DNA of 64,000 nucleotides from Gemmatimonadota bacterium (GTDB lineage Bacteria; Latescibacterota; UBA2968; GCA-2709665): NCBI GenBank assembly GCA_028873695.1, contig JAPPNU010000062.1, positions 257,057 to 321,056 of the forward strand, read 5' to 3'. Shown piece by piece: positions 58,840 to 64,000 of this stretch (position 1 is its first letter; each line of letters starts with the position of its first letter). The notes under the pieces were generated by a model. It saw only the letters and a program-made list of their open reading frames with translations, ran no database searches and was not told where the DNA came from. The position numbers and the translations under genes were made by a program.

Positions 58840-60090
58840 ATGTATGAGATCATGATTGCGCGACGGTATCTTCGCTCGATGCGGCGTCGGAAGCGGGTCT
58901 CGTTCACGGTGGTGGTGGCGGCTGCCGGCGTAGGCCTGGGCGTGGCAGCGCTGGTGATCGTGTTGTCGGTTTCGAACGGATTCTCTGAGCTGGTATGGGA
59001 CCGGTTGCTGGGAGTAAACGCACACGCGACGGTCAGGAAGGAGGCAGGGCTGCGGATCGAGGCCCCGCGGGAACTCCTGGACGCGCTGTCCTCCCATCCG
59101 CAGGTTACCGCCGTTTCTCCATTCGTGGCTTCCGAAGGCGCCCTGTTGCACCGGTCCCTCGACGACGACGTATATAGCGCGGGTGTGATGGTTAGGGGCG
59201 TGACGCCGGACGGACTGGAGGCCGTAAGCGATCTGGCGGACTATATCTGGGGCGGGGCCCTGGATCTGGGACCCCGGGAAGCGGAGGCCCGCGGGCGGGT
59301 ATACGGCATCGTGATCGGTCGCTATCTCGCCGATCAACTGGGCGTGCGGATAGGATCGGAAGTCCATCTCTGGATCCTCCCGCGGGAGATTTTCGGGGCG
59401 CAGACCCGGTTCCGGCGTTACGTGGTCACCGGCATCTTCAGTTCCGGCAATCCTGAGTTCGACAGCAGTCTGGCCTTTGTGTCGCTCGACGCTGCCCGAA
59501 GGGACCTGGGTTGGGGGCGCCAGATTACCGGCGTCCGTCTCCGGTTCGACGATGCGTTTCGTGCGAAGGAGATCAGTGGAGTCGTCGAGGAATCGGTGAG
59601 GCGGCTGGATCCGGCGTTTGCCGTGCATCCATGGATGCGGGACCACGGCAATCTGTATTTTTCGATTCACCTGGAGAAGTGGGCCAGTTTTCTGGGAATT
59701 GGGTTGATCGTGGTGGTGGCCGGCTTCAACATCGTCAGCGTGCTGACCATGAACGTCGCGGAAAGGCGCAGGGAAATTGGCATTCTGAAGACGATGGGGG
59801 TGCCGCCGCACAGGATTGGACGGATATTTACCCTGCAGGGCCTGGCTGTCGGGCTGTCGGGAGTATTGCTTGGAAATCTGCTGGGGCTTGCCCTGTGCTG
59901 GGCGCAGCAACGGTACGAACTTCTGAAGGTTCCGGGAGACGTTCTGATCACCCAGGCACTTCCCGTGGCGATGCAGGCAACCGATTTTCTGGCGATCTCG
60001 GCTTCCGCCGCCCTGGTCTGCTATCTGTTCACGCTGTTCCCTGCCAGAGACGCCGCCGCGCTGGATCCCGTTGAGGCAATCAGAAGGTAA
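58840..60090 (+). CDS. LolC/LolE-family (FtsX-like) ABC transporter permease, second paralogue
   Basis: MYEIMIARRYLRSMRRRKRVSFTVVVAAAGVGLGV...PARDAAALDPVEAIRR. Start moved to ATG 58840. Confidence 0.8.
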   Translation: MYEIMIARRYLRSMRRRKRVSFTVVVAAAGVGLGVAALVIVLSVSNGFSELVWDRLLGVNAHATVRKEAGLRIEAPRELLDALSSHPQVTAVSPFVASEGALLHRSLDDDVYSAGVMVRGVTPDGLEAVSDLADYIWGGALDLGPREAEARGRVYGIVIGRYLADQLGVRIGSEVHLWILPREIFGAQTRFRRYVVTGIFSSGNPEFDSSLAFVSLDAARRDLGWGRQITGVRLRFDDAFRAKEISGVVEESVRRLDPAFAVHPWMRDHGNLYFSIHLEKWASFLGIGLIVVVAGFNIVSVLTMNVAERRREIGILKTMGVPPHRIGRIFTLQGLAVGLSGVLLGNLLGLALCWAQQRYELLKVPGDVLITQALPVAMQATDFLAISASAALVCYLFTLFPARDAAALDPVEAIRR

Positions 60091-60162
60091 CCGGCCCGCC
60101 GACCGGGACCGCCCCTGACGGCGGCCGCGGCGACGGAGCGAAAACAGCTTCCAGGACGCGCA

Positions 60163-60327
60163 ATGGACCCCGATCCTTACAAATCGTATCCGCCTGGCGA
60201 TCCCAGGCGTCCGCCATCAAGGGTGTTCCTGGTACTGCTGGCCGTTGCCGTTGCGACCGTGGTCACGCTGTTCGCCGCGCTCATCGTCTACCTGCGCGAG
60301 GTCTGGACAGCCCGGCCGCTGGGATAG
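60163..60327 (+). CDS. Possible small single-pass membrane protein (54 aa, below the ORF-track cutoff)
   Basis: MDPDPYKSYPPGDPRRPPSRVFLVLLAVAVATVVTLFAALIVYLREVWTARPLG*. Followed by a strong hairpin. No homology evidence. Confidence 0.3.
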   Translation: MDPDPYKSYPPGDPRRPPSRVFLVLLAVAVATVVTLFAALIVYLREVWTARPLG

Positions 60328-60346
60328 CGCCATCGAATTGAATCAG

Positions 60347-60386
60347 AAAGGCAGAGGCCCGGACTGCCGTCCGGGCCTCTGCCTTT
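60347..60386. terminator. Strong perfect hairpin between convergent genes
   Basis: AAAGGCAGAGGCCCGGAC tgcc GTCCGGGCCTCTGCCTTT. No clear U-tract. Confidence 0.5.
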
Positions 60387-60405
60387 CCCCATGCCGCAAC
60401 GCCGT

Positions 60406-61143
60406 TCAGTACGTGGCGCGTCCGCCGCTGACATCGTAACACTGCCCCGTTGTAAAGCTGGCCTCGTCGGAGGCCAGAAAATGCACCAGCGCGGCAACCT
60501 CGCCTGGTTTGCCCAGGCGGCCCATCGGTATTTTGGAAGTGAGAAAGGCGGCTCGGTCCGGATCCAGGCTCAGGGTCATTTCGGTTTCGATAAGTGCGGG
60601 CGCGACGCAATTGACCCGGATGTTGTCTTCCAGCACCTCCCTTGCCAGCGCCTTTGTAAAGCAGATAACACCGGCTTTGGAGACCGAGTAGGCCGCCATG
60701 TTGGCGTTTCCCTCCTTGCCCGAGATCGAGGCGATGGATACGATCGCGCCCCTTCCGCGTTCCGCCATGTGTCCGATGACCGCGCGCGAGCAGAGGAAGA
60801 CGCCCTTGACGTTGGTGTTCATCACGCGGTCCCAGTCCGCTTCGCCCAGATCGCGAACCGGCGCCTCCGGGCCCACGACGCCGGCGTTATTGACCAGGAT
60901 ATCGATCCGGCCCAGGCGGTCCAGCACGTCGTTCACCATCCGCGTCACGTCCTTGCTGCAGGAGACATCCGCCTTCACGGCCATGCTGATGGTGGAAGAC
61001 GGGACGGTCGGCGGGTCGAGGTCCGCGATGGCGACTGTCGCGCCCGCACTCGCCAGGCGTTCCGCGATCGCGGATCCGATGCCCCGGGCGGCGCCGGTGA
61101 CGAGCGCAACCCGGCCGGTAAGGTCCATGAAATTTTCTGGCAT
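60406..61143 (-). CDS. SDR family oxidoreductase (FabG-like)
   Basis: ALVTGAARGIGSAIAERLA (TGxxxGxG), NNAG, and YSVSKAG (YxxxK). Confidence 0.85.
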   Translation of the reverse strand: MPENFMDLTGRVALVTGAARGIGSAIAERLASAGATVAIADLDPPTVPSSTISMAVKADVSCSKDVTRMVNDVLDRLGRIDILVNNAGVVGPEAPVRDLGEADWDRVMNTNVKGVFLCSRAVIGHMAERGRGAIVSIASISGKEGNANMAAYSVSKAGVICFTKALAREVLEDNIRVNCVAPALIETEMTLSLDPDRAAFLTSKIPMGRLGKPGEVAALVHFLASDEASFTTGQCYDVSGGRATY

Positions 61144-61279
61144 AATTGTTCGCACAATCCGTGAAAATGACCTTCGTTCAAGTTGTAATGTTAACATTCA
61201 GGCGCGTATTCCACATCCACGAGCATACCTATTGTATTCGTAGGGGCGACCCTTGTGGTCGCCCTGGTTTCGGTTCCCC

Positions 61280-62368
61280 TCAAAAAAGCTCCGCCCGTTC
61301 CATGAATTCGATGAGTTTCCGGTTCGCCCTGGAAAAAGCAAAGTCCCCGAGAACGCCCGGCGCGACCCATTTCACGTCAGAACAGGTGACCGCGCGCGCC
61401 TCGCCGCCCTCGTAATCGCACTGAAAGGCGTGCATGGTCACGCTGAAGTGGGTAAACGCGTGTTTGACGGTCCTGAACCGGTTCCGAACGGCCGCGTGGA
61501 CGCCGGTTGCTTCGCGTACGGCGCGAATACAGGTTTCTCCCAGGGACTCTTTGACCATCTTGCGAGCTGAGGGAAATTCCCAGAGCCCGCCAAGCAGCCC
61601 GTTTTCCGGCCGCCGCACGATCAGGACGGTGTCGTTCCTGGACACGATTCCAACGCCCATGAGGTAATGCGGACGGGGTTTCCCCGGCGCCCTGACCGGG
61701 AGCGATTCCACGGTGTCGGCGCGAAGCGCGGCACATTGTCCGTTAACGGGGCAGGTACCGCAACGGGGCGCGCGAGGACGGCAGACGGTTGCGCCGAGTT
61801 CCATAATCGCCTGGTTGTATTCGCCGGCGTCGCCCCTGTGCAGCAGGTTGTCCGCCAGTTTCTGAAGATTCGCCCTGGTGCGGGTCTGCCTCGTGTCGTC
61901 CTGAATCCCAAAGAGGCGACACAGCACGCGAATGACGTTTCCGTCGAGTACGGCGTAGTCGCGGTCGTAGGCGATGCTCAGGACCGCGGCCGTGGTGTAC
62001 GGACCAAGACCGGGCAGAGAGGCAAGGTCGTCGTAGGCGTCGGGCACGGCGCCGTCGAATCTGTCCACGATGTACTGGGCCGTCCTGTGCAGATTCCGGG
62101 CGCGGGTGTAGTATCCGAGGCCCTCCCAGGCCTTGAGAACACGGTCCCTCGGCGTGCTCGCGAGGGCGTGCACGGTTGGAAAATCCCTCAGGAAGCGCCT
62201 GTAGTACGGAATAACGGTATCGACCTGTGTCTGCTGGAGCATGAACTCGGAGAGCAGGACGTGGTATGGATTATCTGTATCGCGCCAGGGAAGATCCCGC
62301 TTCTCCCGTCGATACCAGGCGAGCAGGCGCCGTTTTATCGCCGCACGTTCGGATGGGTTGATTTCCAT
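61280..62368 (-). CDS. mutY: A/G-specific adenine DNA glycosylase
   Basis: LPWRDTDNPYHVLLSEFMLQQTQVDTV, Fe-S cluster CRPRAPRCGTCPVNGQC, and a NUDIX-like C-terminal domain. Confidence 0.9.
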   Translation of the reverse strand: MEINPSERAAIKRRLLAWYRREKRDLPWRDTDNPYHVLLSEFMLQQTQVDTVIPYYRRFLRDFPTVHALASTPRDRVLKAWEGLGYYTRARNLHRTAQYIVDRFDGAVPDAYDDLASLPGLGPYTTAAVLSIAYDRDYAVLDGNVIRVLCRLFGIQDDTRQTRTRANLQKLADNLLHRGDAGEYNQAIMELGATVCRPRAPRCGTCPVNGQCAALRADTVESLPVRAPGKPRPHYLMGVGIVSRNDTVLIVRRPENGLLGGLWEFPSARKMVKESLGETCIRAVREATGVHAAVRNRFRTVKHAFTHFSVTMHAFQCDYEGGEARAVTCSDVKWVAPGVLGDFAFSRANRKLIEFMERAELF

Positions 62369-62386
62369 GTCTACAAGCGCTGAGTG

Positions 62387-62704
62387 TCACGTCGCCGCGC
62401 CCGGACGGTCTTCCTTCCGGCGGCGCTTCTCTTCTGCGATGTCACTGGCGTGCCCCCTGACGATGTCCGGCGGGCTGCTTCTGATCAGCTGCTGCAACGC
62501 CAGCAGGAACAACAGGATATCTTCGCCGTAACCCAGATGCGGGAACAACGCTTCCGGCAACAGGTCCACCGGAGAAATCCCGTAGAGGATGATGACGTAG
62601 ACCAGCAGTTTGCTGTACCATGGCACGCGCGGATCTTTCATCAGACGCCAGGAGAGCCTGATATATTGGGGCAGGCGAAAGAGAATGGAGATGAGGCCGC
62701 GCAT
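62387..62704 (-). CDS. DUF1232 (YkvA-like) membrane protein
   Basis: RLMKDPRVPWYSKLLVYVIILYGISPVDLLPE. Start moved to ATG 62704 to avoid overlap with the upstream gene. Confidence 0.65.
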   Translation of the reverse strand: MRGLISILFRLPQYIRLSWRLMKDPRVPWYSKLLVYVIILYGISPVDLLPEALFPHLGYGEDILLFLLALQQLIRSSPPDIVRGHASDIAEEKRRRKEDRPGAAT

Positions 62705-62765
62705 GGCAGTAGCAATCGGGATCAGGTGGACGCAATTCCCGTCGTCGTTCGAGAGACGATCGAAC

Positions 62766-63758
62766 CTAACTCCTGCCAAGGAAGGATCTGACCCGGGGGT
62801 GATCCAGTACGTCCGGATTGATGACGTGCGGGGGTTCCCGGCCCTCAAGCGCGTCGGTTATCTGGCCGAAGGTCCTGTGGTCCAGGCGTACCGCGGATGC
62901 GTCGGTCATTCCGGCGTTGTGGTTGGTACAAATGACTCGCGGATGCCCCTTGTGGATGGCTCGGGGACCGTCTACCGGGTCGTCTACCACGTAGTACCAG
63001 AGTCGCTCTTCGACAATGGCGCGGTTGACGGCAACGTCGTCTACCAGGGTTCCTCTCGAGGGGTTGATCAGGGAAGCGTGGGGCTGCATCGCGTTCAGGA
63101 GATCGCGGGTGACAATGGTGTCCGCGCCGGACACGTGCAGTGAGACGGTGTCGCACTCCCTGAACAGGTCGATCGGATCGCCGACAGACTCCGCCCCGAA
63201 TCGTACCGCGAGTTCGGCGACGTCCGGGCGTACGTCGTAGACGAGCAGACGTCCGCGTTCGCCCAGGAGAGGCTTCGCGCGCTGGGCGACGGCCTGACCG
63301 ATGCGGCCGAATCCGTAAAGACCAAGCGTGGTTTCCGCGGCTTCGTAGGTCCTGATGAGGGAGAAATCGCCGCTGTGGGATAGCTGGTTCAGCGTGTAGA
63401 CCCGTTTTAACGTCGCCATCCACTGCGCGATGGTGTATTCGGCCACCGTGACCATGTGTTCAGGAGCGATGGTTAGCATCACGCCGTGCCGCGCGGCCGC
63501 CTCCAGGTTGACTTTCTCGTAGCCGACGCCCCATCTCGAGATGATTCGCAGGTCCGTCGCGGCCTCGTAGAAGCCATCGTGAATCAGCGAGGAACTCGCA
63601 ATAACGCCAACCACGCCAGGTCCGTCGTCTTCCGTCAGTTCGCCTGTATAGTAATCAACGCTGGCGAACTTGCGCAGATTCTCCACCCCCTCACGGCGGC
63701 TTTCCGAGTCGAATTCGGGGTTCCTCAAATTGCCGGACAACAGGATTCTTCGTGACAT
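62766..63758 (-). CDS. D-isomer-specific 2-hydroxyacid dehydrogenase family protein
   Basis: NAD-binding LGLYGFGRIGQAVAQRA and catalytic-region NPSRG..VD. AGAGGAA precedes ATG 63758. Confidence 0.85.
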   Translation of the reverse strand: MSRRILLSGNLRNPEFDSESRREGVENLRKFASVDYYTGELTEDDGPGVVGVIASSSLIHDGFYEAATDLRIISRWGVGYEKVNLEAAARHGVMLTIAPEHMVTVAEYTIAQWMATLKRVYTLNQLSHSGDFSLIRTYEAAETTLGLYGFGRIGQAVAQRAKPLLGERGRLLVYDVRPDVAELAVRFGAESVGDPIDLFRECDTVSLHVSGADTIVTRDLLNAMQPHASLINPSRGTLVDDVAVNRAIVEERLWYYVVDDPVDGPRAIHKGHPRVICTNHNAGMTDASAVRLDHRTFGQITDALEGREPPHVINPDVLDHPRVRSFLGRS

Positions 63759-63781
63759 GCAATTCCTCTGGTAATTGAGAA

Positions 63782-63862
63782 GCCGTCTATAAATTCCCAG
63801 CGGTCTTCGCACCTGTCTGCGTGCGACGCGCAGGCAGGCGGCTGCAAAAGCGCCGGTCGGCG
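63782..63862 (-). promoter_or_regulatory. Repeat/upstream motif family R2, copy 3 (with a 27-nt palindromic insertion)
   Basis: Reverse complement: CGCCGACCGGCGCTTTTGCAGCC[gcctgcctgcgcgtcgcacgcagacag]GTGCGAAGACCGCTGGGAATTTATAGACGGC. The core ends 23 nt before ATG 63758. Confidence 0.45.
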
Positions 63863-63880
63863 ATGGTCAAACCCGCCAGA

Positions 63881-64000
63881 TTATGCCTGTTCCCTGTCAA
63901 CCATTTCCTGTACGATTTCACGCAGGACGCTGCGCTGGACCTTTCCCGTGGACGTTACCGGCAGCCGGCCCGGATCGAACGGGATGGTCTTGAAGGGCGC
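63881..64000 (-). CDS. C-terminal end of an AMP-dependent synthetase/ligase (acyl-CoA synthetase family); 5' part is outside the window
   Basis: My translation: APFKTIPFDPGRLPVTSTGKVQRSVLREIVQEMVDREQA*. It contains the conserved C-terminal P.T..GK[IV].R motif of adenylate-forming enzymes. Confidence 0.6.
   Translation of the reverse strand, partial: APFKTIPFDPGRLPVTSTGKVQRSVLREIVQEMVDREQA

Overview
GC-rich (about 60% by eye) bacterial chromosomal fragment. I saw no rRNA, tRNA or CRISPR array.

Flanks: ordinary housekeeping and metabolic genes.
- Left: wza-like exporter, thrB, hemW, lepB, lepA, Gfo/Idh/MocA oxidoreductases, enolase-superfamily enzymes, lon.
- Right: phoX-like phosphatase, M32 carboxypeptidase, nucleoside hydrolase, rsgA, a lolC/E-like pair, an SDR, mutY, a 2-hydroxyacid dehydrogenase.

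Centre (about 18.2-46.8 kb, every gene on the minus strand): an accessory island bracketed by two diverged ~0.87-kb direct repeats. Each repeat carries a terminator hairpin and a fused nucleotidyltransferase-HEPN gene.

The island encodes very large signal-peptide proteins built from shuffled modules:
- dockerin-like paired Ca-loop repeats
- cohesin-like modules
- LRR, WD40, ankyrin, CARDB and FGE-sulfatase domains
- two kinds of HExxH metalloprotease domain
- one cohesin-like protein ending in a T9SS C-terminal sorting domain, which hints at an FCB-group organism and a cell-surface anchor

I read this as a non-cellulolytic cohesin-dockerin surface assembly that displays eukaryote-like repeat proteins and proteases. 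That reading is inference and needs HMM or structural confirmation.

The island is visibly in flux:
- one gene is split by a 1-nt frameshift in a G6 run
- one gene is split by a single in-frame TAA
- an IS5 transposase relic truncates a paralogue
- at least five gene relics are present
- two genes share near-identical 5' and 3' modules around swapped centres

Outside the island:
- a SelW/Rdx-like selenoprotein gene with an in-frame TGA that the ORF track missed
- two dispersed repeat families (a third lies inside the island)
- a GA-rich tandem/inverted repeat

All identities and percentages are by-eye estimates. No searches were run.
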